Assembly: GCA_038320555.1 (NCBI GenBank)
Contig: JBBQEJ010000003.1
Location: forward strand, 10,587 to 74,586
Direction of reading: 5' to 3'
DNA: 64,000 nt
From: Vicinamibacterales bacterium
GTDB taxonomy: Bacteria; Acidobacteriota; Vicinamibacteria; Vicinamibacterales; 2-12-FULL-66-21
The notes below the pieces were generated by a model. The model was not told where the DNA came from, searched no databases, and worked only from the letters and a program-made list of their open reading frames with translations. The stretch's first letter is position 1. Each line of letters starts with the position of its first letter. The position numbers and the translations under genes were made by a program. This document shows, piece by piece, positions 49,209 to 59,737 of the stretch.

Positions 49209-50438
49209 TTGGATCTGCCCTTCGAGCTCTTCGTCGCCCTGCGATATCTGCTTGCAAAGCGCAAGCAGGCGTTCATTTCCGTGATCTCTCTAATCTCCGC
49301 GCTCGGCGTGACGGTCGGCGTCATGGCTGTGCTCATCGCGCTGGCGTTGATGACCGGGTTGCAGGGAGAGTTGCGCGATCGCATCGTCGGATCGATGGCG
49401 CACGCGTACGTGCAAAAGGCCGGTGGCCTGACGGATCCGGAAGCAGAAGTGAAGAAGCTGTTGAGCGTCCCCCGCGTCATCGGCGCGGCGCCGATCGTCC
49501 AGGGAAAGGCGCTGCTCACCAGTGACGGCGGGGGAGAAGCGTTCATCGAAGTGAAGGGCATCGTGCCGGAGCAGGAACGGACGGTGACCCAGATCGAGCG
49601 GGCGATGCTCACCGGCAGCCTCGCTGCTCTCAATACGCCAACCGGGGAAGTCTCCGGCATTCTCCTGGGCAAGGACCTCGCGGCCAATCTGCACCTCTCG
49701 GTCGGCGACCACGTGCGGCTGCTGACGCCCGAAGGCACCCTGACGCCGTTCGGCCCGATCATGCGGCCGCGCCTCTTCACCGTCGCCGGCACCTTCAGCC
49801 TTGGCCTCTTTGAGTACGACTCCGGGTATGGTTTCGTGCGACTCGATGTGGCCGAGCGCATGCTCGGGCGGACCCTGCCGGACTTAATCGAGCTGCGCAT
49901 CGACGACATGTTTGCCGCCCCGCAGGTGGTGAAGTCGATTCCGGCGCGTCTCGGGTCCGACTACCTGGCCCAGGACTGGGCCGACCTGAACGGCGCCCTC
50001 TTCTCAGCGTTGTGGATCGAAAAGATGGCGATTTCCATCACGATCGGACTCATCGTGATGGTGGCCGCGCTGAACATCGCCGGCTCGCTCATCCTGCTGG
50101 TCATGGAGAAAAGCCGCGACATCGCCATCCTGAAGACCATGGGCAGTTCCGCGGTCAGCATCCGCCGCATCTTCATGCTGCAGGGGCTCGTGATCGGCGT
50201 GCTCGGGACCTCCACCGGAGCGGCGGCCGGCTACGCCCTCATTTACGTCCTCGATCGGTACAAGCTCATTCAAGTGCCGATCGACGTGTACCAGATTTCA
50301 TACGTCCCCTTCACACTGAGACCGCTGGACTTCGCCATCGTCGTCGTGGCCGCGCTGGCCATCTGCTTTGTGGCGACGATTTACCCGTCGCGCCAGGCGT
50401 CCAGACTCGATCCCGCGCAGGCGTTGAGATATCAGTAA
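49209..50438 (+). CDS. lolE: Lipoprotein-releasing ABC transporter permease LolC/E
   Basis: VALRYL..RKQAFIS, VAALNI, EKSRDIAILKTMG, YPSRQAS.LDP..ALRY. Confidence 0.9.
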   Translation: MDLPFELFVALRYLLAKRKQAFISVISLISALGVTVGVMAVLIALALMTGLQGELRDRIVGSMAHAYVQKAGGLTDPEAEVKKLLSVPRVIGAAPIVQGKALLTSDGGGEAFIEVKGIVPEQERTVTQIERAMLTGSLAALNTPTGEVSGILLGKDLAANLHLSVGDHVRLLTPEGTLTPFGPIMRPRLFTVAGTFSLGLFEYDSGYGFVRLDVAERMLGRTLPDLIELRIDDMFAAPQVVKSIPARLGSDYLAQDWADLNGALFSALWIEKMAISITIGLIVMVAALNIAGSLILLVMEKSRDIAILKTMGSSAVSIRRIFMLQGLVIGVLGTSTGAAAGYALIYVLDRYKLIQVPIDVYQISYVPFTLRPLDFAIVVVAALAICFVATIYPSRQASRLDPAQALRYQ

Positions 50439-50439
50439 T

Positions 50440-50533
<94 letters not shown>

Positions 50534-50535
50534 CG

Positions 50536-51207
50536 TTGTTCATCGAAGTCACCAACCTGACGAAAAGTTACCCGGTGGGCGGCACCCGGTTGACGGTGCT
50601 GAAGGGCCTGGACGTGTCGCTCGATCGGGGCGAGATGGTAGCTATCGTCGGCGCCTCCGGCGTCGGCAAGAGCACACTCCTTCACGTGATCGGCGGACTC
50701 GACGCGGTGGACGAGGGTACCGTTCGCATTGGCGAGACGATGCTGACCGGATTACCCGATGCCGACGTCGTCGCCTTTCGCAACCGCCACGTCGGATTCG
50801 TGTTCCAGTTTCACCACCTGCTGCCGGAATTCAGCGCGCTCGAGAACGCCGAGATGCCGATGCGAATCGCGCGGCGCCCGGCCGCCGAGCGGCACCGCCG
50901 CGCGGCGGACCTGCTTGCCCGGGTCGGCCTCGAAGCGCGGCTGGACCATCGCCCGGGCATGTTGTCGGGCGGCGAGCAGCAACGCGTCGCAATCGCGCGG
51001 GCGCTGGTCATGGACCCTACTCTGCTTCTTGCCGACGAGCCGACCGGCGACCTCGACGAACACACGGCCGACTCGCTGCACGAACTGCTCCGCGAGATGC
51101 ACCGGGAGCGCGGCCTCACGTCGATCATCGCCACGCACAATCCGCGCCTCGCGGCGGCGTGCGATCGGGTTCTGCGGCTGGAAGACGGAAGACTGAAACC
51201 CGCGTAA
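50536..51207 (+). CDS. lolD: Lipoprotein-releasing ABC transporter ATPase LolD
   Basis: GASGVGKST, GFVFQFHHLL, LSGGEQQR, ADEPTG; TTG start after the repeat. Confidence 0.92.
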   Translation: MFIEVTNLTKSYPVGGTRLTVLKGLDVSLDRGEMVAIVGASGVGKSTLLHVIGGLDAVDEGTVRIGETMLTGLPDADVVAFRNRHVGFVFQFHHLLPEFSALENAEMPMRIARRPAAERHRRAADLLARVGLEARLDHRPGMLSGGEQQRVAIARALVMDPTLLLADEPTGDLDEHTADSLHELLREMHRERGLTSIIATHNPRLAAACDRVLRLEDGRLKPA

Positions 51208-51214
51208 AGCAACC

Positions 51215-51274
51215 GTAGCGGGGGCGTCAGCCCCGCGTCAACGTCCCTGACGCGGAGGCAAAGGTCCGCGCTAC
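51215..51274. repeat. Second GTAG-type REP pair between convergent genes
   Basis: GTAGCGGGGGCGTCAGCCCCGCG ... CGCGGAGGCAAAGGTCCGCGCTAC. Confidence 0.7.
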
Positions 51275-51873
51275 TTTGAGACGGCGAACGGCGCGGACGC
51301 GACGACGGTGTCCCACATGAGGACGAGCTTGCCGCCGGCTGCCGTGACGTCCGCGAAGTTCCATGTCAGTTCGTCGATCGACATCGGCAGCTTGGCGATC
51401 TTCATCGCCACGCGTGCGACGTCTTTGTCCGGCGTGTAGCCGAACGATCCCCACAGGGCTGCTTTGTTGTTCGCGTCGTATTTCTGCTGCGCGGCCCACG
51501 ACGACACGATGAGGGTCCAGTCCGTGGAGGATTTCGTGTCGATGAAAAGGCTGTATTCGCCGGCGGGGACCGTTTTTTCCCCAATCTGCAGCGGCACTTC
51601 GGTCTTCAATCGTGTCGAGACATTTGCCCCGGCACGCCACACCTTCGCGTCGTCCTGGAGCAGCACGTCCTTGGCGTATGAAGAGCCGCTGCCCCAGACA
51701 TCGCGGCCTCGCTTAATGGGGCGGCTGTAGCTGATCTCGACCCACTTGCCGCCCTTGCCGAGCTGGGTTTCCGCTGAACCTCCGGGACTTGCCGGACGGC
51801 TCGTGCCCTGTGCGCCGACGACCGTGGCGGCGGCAACGAGCGTCATAACCAACGTGAGTGTTCGTTTCCACAT
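51271..51873 (-). CDS. DUF2911-domain secreted protein
   Basis: GGAGGAG RBS; signal peptide; SP..YSRP.KRGR..VWRAGAN..T..VPAGEYSLF..W. Confidence 0.88.
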   Translation of the reverse strand: MWKRTLTLVMTLVAAATVVGAQGTSRPASPGGSAETQLGKGGKWVEISYSRPIKRGRDVWGSGSSYAKDVLLQDDAKVWRAGANVSTRLKTEVPLQIGEKTVPAGEYSLFIDTKSSTDWTLIVSSWAAQQKYDANNKAALWGSFGYTPDKDVARVAMKIAKLPMSIDELTWNFADVTAAGGKLVLMWDTVVASAPFAVSK

Positions 51874-52092
51874 GCTGTGCTCCTCCATGGGGAACGATTG
51901 TAGTCTGTTGCTGGCTTGGAGAAGGCAAGCATAGGAAACGCGGCTGGCCCCTTGCACGACGAATGAAGTCAGAACCACCAGCACCCGATGATCAGTTGTA
52001 CGGTGCGTATGGTTACAGCCGGTTCGTCTCCTGGACGGCTCTGGAGATAGCCCTAAATGCCATATAGAGTCTCACTTAGGCCGAAAAACTGA

Positions 52093-52121
52093 TTGGCCGA
52101 ATCTGACCATTGCCGTATAAT
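52093..52121 (+). promoter_or_regulatory. Sigma-70 promoter of clpC
   Basis: TTGGCC - 17 nt - TATAAT, 38 nt before the ATG. Confidence 0.6.
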
Positions 52122-52159
52122 GACAGCAGGGTAAGTCCTGCTTCCACATAGGTAACCGG

Positions 52160-54595
52160 ATGTTCGAACGCTACACGGAACGAGCGCGGCGCGTGCTGTT
52201 CTTTGCACGCTATGAAGCGAGCCAGCTCGGGAGCATTTCCATTGAAACCGAGCACCTCCTTCTTGGGTTGATTCGCGAGGGCAAAGGGCTCACGAGCCGT
52301 ATTTTTGCCCGGTCCCACCTGTCTCTTGAAAGCATCCGCAAGGAAATCGAAGGACGTACGGTGTTCCGGGAGAAAGTGTCGACGTCGGTCGAGATCCCGT
52401 TCAGCGCCGAAACGAAGCGGGTGCTGCAGTTTGCCGCGGAAGAGGCCGATCGCCTTCTCCACAACTACATCGGCACCGAGCATCTGCTGCTCGGCATCCT
52501 CCGCGAGGAGCGTTCGGTCGCCGCGACCATCCTCATGGAAAAGGGGATGCGGCTCAACACGGTGCGTGAAGACATCGTCGCGCTGCTGAACGAGAAGACC
52601 ACGCTGACCCGCGTGAAGGAAACGCCGCTGCTTGCCGAATTCAGCCGCGATCTCACGGAAGCGGCGATGAAGAACCAGCTCGACCCGCTCGTCGGGCGTC
52701 ACATCGAAATCGAGCGCGTGCAGCAGGTGCTCTGCCGCCGGACCAAGAACAACGCCGTGCTCATAGGCGAACCCGGGGTCGGGAAGACCGCCATCGTTGA
52801 AGGGCTCTCCCAGAAGATTGTGTACGGCGACGTCCCGCATTTCCTCGCGGATAAGCGCCTCCTGGCGCTCGACATCTCGCTCATCGTCGCGGGCACGAAA
52901 TACCGCGGTCAGTTCGAAGAGCGCCTCAAGGCGATCATGAAGGAGCTGACCGAGAACCCGAACATCATCGTGTTCATCGACGAGCTCCATACGCTCGTGG
53001 GGGCCGGCTCGGCTGAAGGCTCCCTCGATGCGGCCAATATCCTGAAACCCGCGCTCTCGCGCGGCGAGATCCGCTGCATCGGCGCGACGACGCCGTCGGA
53101 GTACCGGAAATACATCGAAAAGGATCGCTCGCTCGAGCGGCGGTTCCAGGCGATCAAGGTCGATCCGCCCAGCGAGCGCGAGACGATTGAAGTGCTGACG
53201 GGCGTCAAGGACCGGTACGAGTCCTTCCATCATGTCGAGTACACGATGGAGGCCATCGAGGCTGCCGTGTACCAGTCGAGCCGGTATATCACCGATCGGT
53301 TCCTGCCCGACAAGGCGATCGATCTCATCGACGAGGCGGGCGCGCGCGCGAAGCTGCGCGAAGCCGGCTACAGCGAGGAGTTCGGCGAAATCAACCGCAG
53401 TATTCGCGTGGCTGTCGAGCAGATGGAGACGGCGGTCTCCGAGAAGAACTTCGAGAAGGCCCAGTTTTACCGCGAACAGGAAGTACAGGCGCGCGAGAAT
53501 CTGCAGTTCGTGCGCGAGAAGTTCGACGTCAAGTCGAGCACGCGGCGCGTGGTCGTCGGCAAGGGAGAAATCGACGAGGTCGTGTCGAAGTGGACGGGGG
53601 TCCCGCTCACCTCGATCAACCAGGACGAAGGAGACAAGCTCCTGCACATGGAAGACTCGCTGCACAAGCGGGTCATCTCGCAGGACGCCGCGATCTCGGC
53701 GCTCTCACGCGCCATTCGCCGGTCACGCGCGGGACTCAAGTCGCCGAATCGTCCCGTCGGCAGCTTCATCTTTCTCGGCCCGACGGGGGTCGGCAAGACG
53801 GAGCTGGCGCGGGCGATCGCGAATTTCCTCTTCGGCAGCGACAATGCACTCATCCGCTTCGACATGTCGGAATACATGGAGAAGCACTCGGTGTCGAAGC
53901 TGATTGGCTCGCCTCCCGGATACGTCGGCCACGAGGAAGGCGGCCAGCTGACCGAGAAGGTCAAGCGCAACCCTTACTCCGTCGTCCTGCTCGACGAGGT
54001 CGAGAAGGCGCACCCGGACCTCTTCAATATTCTGCTGCAGGTGTTCGAGGACGGCCACCTGACGGACGGCCTCGGCAACAGGGTGAACTTCAAGAACACC
54101 ATCATCATCATGACCTCGAACATCGGCGCCCGCTTCATTCAGAAGAAGGCGTCGCTCGGGTTCCAGTCGGCCGACAGCGGCGTGATCAGCCGCAGCGTCA
54201 ACGATATGGTCCTCGGCGAGGTGAAAAAGACGTTCAATCCGGAGTTCATCAACCGGATCGACGAGATCATCGTCTTCGAGGCGCTCTCCGACGACGACCT
54301 GCGCACCATCACGCGGCTGCTGGTCAAGCAGGTGAACGACAACCTGGTCGATCGCCGGCTCCGGCTCGAGCTGGAGCAGGACGTGATCGACTGGATCATC
54401 GAGCAAACGTGCAAAGACCGCTCGTACGGCGCGCGCCCGCTTCGGCGGGCGATCCAGCGCTATATCGAGGATCCGCTCTCCGAGGAGCTCATTCGCGGGC
54501 ACCTCAAGGGGGGCGACATCCAGGTCTACCTGGAGGGTGGCGCCCTGGCGTATCGGCCCGTCGGGTCGACAGAGGACGGCCGCACGCTGGCCTGA
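52160..54595 (+). CDS. clpC: ATP-dependent Clp protease ATP-binding subunit ClpC
   Basis: [12 protein letters not shown], two Clp-N repeats, [11 protein letters not shown]-like middle domain, [11 protein letters not shown] loop. Confidence 0.96.
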   Translation: MFERYTERARRVLFFARYEASQLGSISIETEHLLLGLIREGKGLTSRIFARSHLSLESIRKEIEGRTVFREKVSTSVEIPFSAETKRVLQFAAEEADRLLHNYIGTEHLLLGILREERSVAATILMEKGMRLNTVREDIVALLNEKTTLTRVKETPLLAEFSRDLTEAAMKNQLDPLVGRHIEIERVQQVLCRRTKNNAVLIGEPGVGKTAIVEGLSQKIVYGDVPHFLADKRLLALDISLIVAGTKYRGQFEERLKAIMKELTENPNIIVFIDELHTLVGAGSAEGSLDAANILKPALSRGEIRCIGATTPSEYRKYIEKDRSLERRFQAIKVDPPSERETIEVLTGVKDRYESFHHVEYTMEAIEAAVYQSSRYITDRFLPDKAIDLIDEAGARAKLREAGYSEEFGEINRSIRVAVEQMETAVSEKNFEKAQFYREQEVQARENLQFVREKFDVKSSTRRVVVGKGEIDEVVSKWTGVPLTSINQDEGDKLLHMEDSLHKRVISQDAAISALSRAIRRSRAGLKSPNRPVGSFIFLGPTGVGKTELARAIANFLFGSDNALIRFDMSEYMEKHSVSKLIGSPPGYVGHEEGGQLTEKVKRNPYSVVLLDEVEKAHPDLFNILLQVFEDGHLTDGLGNRVNFKNTIIIMTSNIGARFIQKKASLGFQSADSGVISRSVNDMVLGEVKKTFNPEFINRIDEIIVFEALSDDDLRTITRLLVKQVNDNLVDRRLRLELEQDVIDWIIEQTCKDRSYGARPLRRAIQRYIEDPLSEELIRGHLKGGDIQVYLEGGALAYRPVGSTEDGRTLA

Positions 54596-54746
54596 CCCGC
54601 CTTCGCACGGGTGGCAATGCATAGCTACGGCGCGGCTTCGGCAAGGCCGCTCGGTAGCCTTGCACGTCTAAAATCCAGTAAACTCATGGCTTGGCCTCTG
54701 CCCGGACATCCTGTGCGGGCCGGGGCAAGCGGTCCGCACCCCCTTT

Positions 54747-57554
54747 ATGCGTGTTTTTGCTCTAACGCTCGTGGTCCTTGCGGCCGCGTCCGGCGCGTCC
54801 GCCGTCGCCCATCAATCGGCGCCCGTCCCGGCCGGGCAAGCCGCCATCGCCGGTCAGGCGGTGCCGGCGCCGGCCGCCCAAGGGGTGAGTCCCGCGGCGC
54901 AGGGGCCGGTTCCGACAGGGCCAGTGCTCGATCTTCCAGCGACAATCTGTAACCAGACCGTCCCTGAGCCGGCCCGGCTGCCGCCGGCCAATGCCGCCCC
55001 CGTCCTGACCGCCATCATGCTCTGCTTCGAAAAGCAGGGCGGAAGCCCCGTCGTCGAATCCAACACGTACCTTTATTACATGCAGGCGAAGGGCAGCCGC
55101 CCGTCGCTGAACGAGTGGATCCCGTACGACGACACCGTCCAGCAGCTCGCGCTCGGCGATTTCAAGCGGCTGTGGGCCACCAACTTTCTCGACGATCTGC
55201 TGATCGAAGTCCGCGATGTCCGCTACGCGAACGGCGTCCGCGGCAAGGTGCTCGTGTACAACATGGAGGAGCGCCAGCGCGTCAAGATCGTCGATTACGT
55301 CGGGACGATGAAGGTCGACACCTCGAAGATCGAAGAGGCCCTCAAGGCCAAGTCGATTTCGATCCGGCTCGACTCGTTCATCGACCCTGGCCTTATCCGG
55401 CGCGTCAGCGGCGTCGTGCGCGACGTGTATGCGGAAAAGGGATACGAGTTTGTCGAAGTCAAGCCCGAGATCAAGGAAATCGCCGGCGGCCCCAAGCTCG
55501 TGAACGTGACGTTCCACATCACGGAAGGGCCCAAGGTCAAGATCCGCTTGATTGATTTTGTCGGCAACAGCGCGGTGAAGGATCGGAGGCTCGCGCGCCA
55601 GATGAAGGAAAACAAGGGCGGCGGCATGTTTTCGTTCATTCTCGGCAACGGCACGTACAAAGCCGACAAGTTCGAAGAGGATGCCGACAAGGTCGTGGCG
55701 TACTATCGCGATCGAGGTTATATCGAAGCTCGCGTCGGACAGCCCGAGCTGAAGATTATCGAGGACTCAAAGGACGCCAAAACCCGGTTTGTCGAGCTGC
55801 GAATTCCCGTTACCGAAGGGGAGCGCTATCGCATCGGCAAGCTGGAGTTCGAGGGCAACAAGATCGTCGACGCCAAGGCGCTGCGTCCTCTGTTCAAGGT
55901 GGAGGAAGGGGACGTTTACAGCGAGAAGAAGATTAAGAAGGGTTTTGACAAGGCGAAGGAAGTGTACGGCACCGGCGGGTACATGGAATTCACGGGATTT
56001 CCGGATCTCGCCCCGCGCGGCGCACCTCAGACTCCTGTCGCAGGGGGGGCCTCGGACCCACCGGCGCCTCCGGTCCCGGCGGCCAAACCGTCCGGCCCGC
56101 CGATCGTCGACGTGACGCTCCGGTTGCAGGAGGGCAAGCAGTATTTCGTCAACCGCATTACCTTCGTCGGCAATACGACAACGCGCGACAACGTCATCCG
56201 GCGGGAGATCAGGCTGGTCGAAAGCGGGGTGTTCAACACCGAGGCGTTGAAATACAGCATCAAGCGCCTGAATCAGCTGGGGTATTTCAAGCCGCTCGAA
56301 GGGGAAGCGATCGGCGTCGACAAGACCGCCGGGGCCGACAACAAGGTCGACGTCAAGCTGAAGTTCGAAGAGCAGAATCGAAACCAGCTCACCTTCGGCG
56401 CGGGCGTGTCGCAATACGACGGCTTCTTCGGGCAGCTGTCGTTCCAGACGTCGAACTTCCTCGGCCGCGGTGAAACGTTCACGCTGTCGGCGCAGCAGGG
56501 AAGCCGGGCGACGAATTACCAGCTCGCGTTCAGCGAGCCGTTCCTCTTCGACAAGCCGCAGACGGCGGGCGTCGATCTCTTCGTCCGCGAGCTGCAGTAC
56601 ATCGGGTTGTATACGCAGCGCTCGGCGGGCGGAAACATCGTCTACGGCTTCCAGGTCGCGGACTTCGCCCGGATGTTCGTCAACTACAGCTACGAAGACG
56701 TTCAAGTGAAGGACCTGAACCCGGCGTTCAACGATCCGCGTGTGCTCGCCGGGAACCCCCTGCTCGCCGATTCGCTGCTCATCGGGGAAGGGGGCAAGCG
56801 GACGATCAGCAAGATCGGTCCAAGCTACGTCTACAACACCGTCGACAACCCGATTTTCCCGACGTCGGGCCGCCGGTTCACGCTGTCTTCGGATTTCGCC
56901 GGGCTTGGCGGAAACACGAATTTCGTGAACCCGCGCGCGGAGGCCATCTGGTATTTCCCGCAGACGAAACGGACGTCGTTCGGCTTCCGGGTCGCGGGGG
57001 AGTACATCCGCCCCTTCGGGCACACCACGGCGCTCCCCATCTTCCAGAAGATCTTCCTGGGGGGCGAGTACAGTATCCGCGGCTTTGACATCAGGTCGGT
57101 CTCGCCACGCGATCCAACGTCAAACGTGCAAATCGGCGGTAATAAGAGCCTCTTGTTCAACGCGGAATATCTGATTCACATTGCCGGGCCCGTCCGCCTG
57201 GTGCTGTTTTACGATGCCGGCGAGGTTCGCGACATCGGCGAGCACTTCTCGTGGAAGGAACCGATTACCGAGCGGGTTGCGCAAGGCACTCTGTATCCCA
57301 CGTTCCTGGACACCGTTGGTATAATCCAGAATCCGCTCCTCGGGCTCACGTCGCCGATAGAGACCCGCACGATCGGTGAGACGAGCGGGTTCAAGACCTC
57401 CACGGGGGCGGAGATCCGCTTCTTCATGCCGGTCCTGAACGTGCCTTTCCGGCTGATTTTTGCGATGAATCCCCAGCGTGGGAACGTGCTCGACAACAAC
57501 CTGAGTCCCGAGAAGCGCTTCAAGTTCCGTTTCGCCGTCGGCTCGACGTTCTGA
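54747..57554 (+). CDS. bamA: Outer-membrane protein assembly factor BamA
   Basis: POTRA repeats (GNTTTRDNVIRRE), SIRGF motif, C-terminal Phe. Confidence 0.95.
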   Translation: MRVFALTLVVLAAASGASAVAHQSAPVPAGQAAIAGQAVPAPAAQGVSPAAQGPVPTGPVLDLPATICNQTVPEPARLPPANAAPVLTAIMLCFEKQGGSPVVESNTYLYYMQAKGSRPSLNEWIPYDDTVQQLALGDFKRLWATNFLDDLLIEVRDVRYANGVRGKVLVYNMEERQRVKIVDYVGTMKVDTSKIEEALKAKSISIRLDSFIDPGLIRRVSGVVRDVYAEKGYEFVEVKPEIKEIAGGPKLVNVTFHITEGPKVKIRLIDFVGNSAVKDRRLARQMKENKGGGMFSFILGNGTYKADKFEEDADKVVAYYRDRGYIEARVGQPELKIIEDSKDAKTRFVELRIPVTEGERYRIGKLEFEGNKIVDAKALRPLFKVEEGDVYSEKKIKKGFDKAKEVYGTGGYMEFTGFPDLAPRGAPQTPVAGGASDPPAPPVPAAKPSGPPIVDVTLRLQEGKQYFVNRITFVGNTTTRDNVIRREIRLVESGVFNTEALKYSIKRLNQLGYFKPLEGEAIGVDKTAGADNKVDVKLKFEEQNRNQLTFGAGVSQYDGFFGQLSFQTSNFLGRGETFTLSAQQGSRATNYQLAFSEPFLFDKPQTAGVDLFVRELQYIGLYTQRSAGGNIVYGFQVADFARMFVNYSYEDVQVKDLNPAFNDPRVLAGNPLLADSLLIGEGGKRTISKIGPSYVYNTVDNPIFPTSGRRFTLSSDFAGLGGNTNFVNPRAEAIWYFPQTKRTSFGFRVAGEYIRPFGHTTALPIFQKIFLGGEYSIRGFDIRSVSPRDPTSNVQIGGNKSLLFNAEYLIHIAGPVRLVLFYDAGEVRDIGEHFSWKEPITERVAQGTLYPTFLDTVGIIQNPLLGLTSPIETRTIGETSGFKTSTGAEIRFFMPVLNVPFRLIFAMNPQRGNVLDNNLSPEKRFKFRFAVGSTF

Positions 57555-57577
57555 TATCTGAATTCTATTGCTCGACG

Positions 57578-57607
57578 TAGGGCGGGGTCCTGTGCCTCCC
57601 GCCCTAC
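57578..57607. repeat. GTAGGGCGGG...CCCGCCCTAC palindrome (third REP-like family or terminator)
   Basis: gtagggcggggtcctgtgcctcccgccctac. Confidence 0.65.
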
Positions 57608-57628
57608 ATTTCTGAAGGGGATTGTTCG

Positions 57629-58276
57629 ATGAAATTGTTGAAGAAGATGCTTGTGATGAGTGCGATGGGCGTGCTGCTGGCCGCCACGCGAGGATACGCG
57701 CAGGCGCCCGCCGCGCCGGCGGGGCAGAAACCTCCCGCGACTCCGCCGGCCGCCGTAGCCCCGGCCCCGGCGCCGACCCCGGCCCCGAAGCCGCCCGCGC
57801 CATTCCCTGAGGGCGCCAAGTTCGCCTTCATCGACATCCAGGCCGTTGCGAGCAACTCCGCCGAAGGTAAGGCGGCGACCGCGAAGCTCGACGAGCTCCG
57901 AAAGAAGAAGAACGGCGAGCTCCTCGCCAAGCAGACCTCGCTCAAGGCGATGCAGGACAAGTTGAACGCCGGCGGGTCGGTCATGAGCGATCAGGCGCGC
58001 GGACAGCTCGAAAAGGACATCGAGAAGGCCAGCCGCGATCTGCAGTTCGCGCAGCAGGACGCGCAAACCGAGGTCACGGATATGACCAACCAGCTTCAGG
58101 GGGATTTTCAGGAGAAGCTCAACCCGGTCATCGAGCAGCTGCGCACGGATAAGGGTCTGCTGATGATCTTCAGCATCCGCGATTCGGGTGTCGTCTCGGC
58201 GGAGCCCGGACTCGATCTCTCGGTCGAAGTCATCAAGCGGTTCGACGCCGCCAACAAGCCCGCACCGAAGAAGTAG
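57629..58276 (+). CDS. skp: OmpH/Skp periplasmic chaperone
   Basis: Signal peptide, KFAFIDIQ, coiled coil, DLSVEVIKR; follows bamA. Confidence 0.9.
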   Translation: MKLLKKMLVMSAMGVLLAATRGYAQAPAAPAGQKPPATPPAAVAPAPAPTPAPKPPAPFPEGAKFAFIDIQAVASNSAEGKAATAKLDELRKKKNGELLAKQTSLKAMQDKLNAGGSVMSDQARGQLEKDIEKASRDLQFAQQDAQTEVTDMTNQLQGDFQEKLNPVIEQLRTDKGLLMIFSIRDSGVVSAEPGLDLSVEVIKRFDAANKPAPKK

Positions 58277-58280
58277 GACG

Positions 58281-58354
58281 CTAGAGTTCTAAAGTTCTAG
58301 AGTTCTAGAGTTCTCGGGTTGGAACTCTAGAACTTTAGTAGAACTCTGTGAACC
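58281..58354. repeat. Octamer tandem array (TAGAGTTC) plus an inverted array
   Basis: Perfect 17-bp inverted repeat CTAAAGTTCTAGAGTTC (58289-58305) / GAACTCTAGAACTTTAG (58322-58338). Confidence 0.9.
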
Positions 58355-58374
58355 CTCTGCTACACTCCCTTCCA

Positions 58375-59640
58375 GTGTCGTCGATAAACATACCCCAGGT
58401 TCTCGATCGCCTCTGCTCCCGGTACCCGTCTGCGCTTGTGGACGCGGTGACGGAGCACGAGCCCGGGCGCCGCGTCGTGGCGTACAAGAACGTCACCGTC
58501 AGCGAAGAATTCTTCCAGGGGCACTTTCCCGGCGCGCCGTTGATGCCGGGCGTGTTGATGATTGAGTCGCTCGCGCAGGTCGCGACCATCCTGCTCACCC
58601 AGTCCGGCGAAGGCGCGGCTACTCACGCATATCTGCGGGGCGTCGACAACGCGAAGTTCCGGCTGCCCGTCGTACCCGGCGATCGCCTTCGGCTCGAGGT
58701 GACGATGGGACCGCGGCGCGCTCGTCTTGTGCGCACGCATGCGAAGGCATTCATCGGCGAGAACGTCGCGGCCGAGGCGGACCTGCTGATAGGCGTCGTG
58801 ATGGAGCCGCGCACGGGCGGCCGGGCGGGGGCCACGATTGACCCGAGCGCGGTCGTGCATCCGGGCGCGGTGATCGGCGCCGGCACCATCGTCGGCCCGC
58901 ACGCGGTCATTGGCGAACATGTACGCCTCGGACGCGACTGCCGCGTCGGCGCTTCGTCGGTCGTCGAAGGGCCATCCGAGATCGGCGACGGCAATGAGAT
59001 CTTTCCGTTGGTGTCGATCGGCCTGATCCCCCAGGATTTGAAGTTTCGCGGCGAACCGTCGAAACTCGTGGTGGGCAATCGAAACGTCTTTCGCGAGTTC
59101 GTGACGATCCACCGGGGGACGGCAGGGGGAGGGGGCGTCACCGAGATCGGCGATCACAACGTCTTCATGGCGTATGCGCACATCGCGCATGATTGCCATG
59201 TCGGGAACCACACGATTTTCGGGAACGCCGCCACGCTCGGCGGGCACGTTACGGTCGAGGACTACGCGACCATCAGCGCGTTTTCAGGCGTCCACCAGTT
59301 CTGCCGCGTGGGGAAGCACGCCTTCATTGGGGGCTTTTCGGTCATCACGAAAGATGCGCTGCCGTTTGCGAAGACCGTGGGCAACCGCGCGCGCATCTAC
59401 GGCTTGAATACGATCGGTCTCGTGCGGCGGAAGTTTTCGTCAGACTCGATCACGAAACTTCGCCGCGCCTACCGCTACCTGCTGCACTCCAACACGAGCC
59501 GCGCGCTCGCCCAGATCGAACGCGACCCGTCCCTCAAGTGCGACGAAGTGCAGTATGTCGTCGACTTCATCCGTACGTCGAGCCGCGGTGTCGGGTTGCG
59601 CCGGCCGAGCCGGCGCCTCGAAGAAGTGGTAGACGAATAA
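58375..59640 (+). CDS. lpxA: Fused FabZ (3-hydroxyacyl-ACP dehydratase) - LpxA (UDP-GlcNAc O-acyltransferase)
   Basis: N-terminus RYP..LVD, KNVT, FQGHFP..PGVL.IE (FabZ); C-terminus hexapeptide repeats, PQDLKF, TIHRGT, HIAHDC, VHQF (LpxA); one uninterrupted frame. Confidence 0.93.
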   Translation: MSSINIPQVLDRLCSRYPSALVDAVTEHEPGRRVVAYKNVTVSEEFFQGHFPGAPLMPGVLMIESLAQVATILLTQSGEGAATHAYLRGVDNAKFRLPVVPGDRLRLEVTMGPRRARLVRTHAKAFIGENVAAEADLLIGVVMEPRTGGRAGATIDPSAVVHPGAVIGAGTIVGPHAVIGEHVRLGRDCRVGASSVVEGPSEIGDGNEIFPLVSIGLIPQDLKFRGEPSKLVVGNRNVFREFVTIHRGTAGGGGVTEIGDHNVFMAYAHIAHDCHVGNHTIFGNAATLGGHVTVEDYATISAFSGVHQFCRVGKHAFIGGFSVITKDALPFAKTVGNRARIYGLNTIGLVRRKFSSDSITKLRRAYRYLLHSNTSRALAQIERDPSLKCDEVQYVVDFIRTSSRGVGLRRPSRRLEEVVDE

Positions 59641-59687
59641 GGTGCTTCCGCCTGAATAAGGTGCTTCCGCCTGAAGGCGGAAGCTAC
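59635..59687. repeat. REP palindrome with a tandem 19-bp duplication that includes the lpxA stop codon
   Basis: gaataaggtgcttccgcct x2, then gaaggcggaagctac. Confidence 0.9.
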
Positions 59688-59737
59688 AGGAGTCGGGCAG
59701 CCAGGCGGCCATCGCTCGCGAGTCGCCGGCAGTGCCG

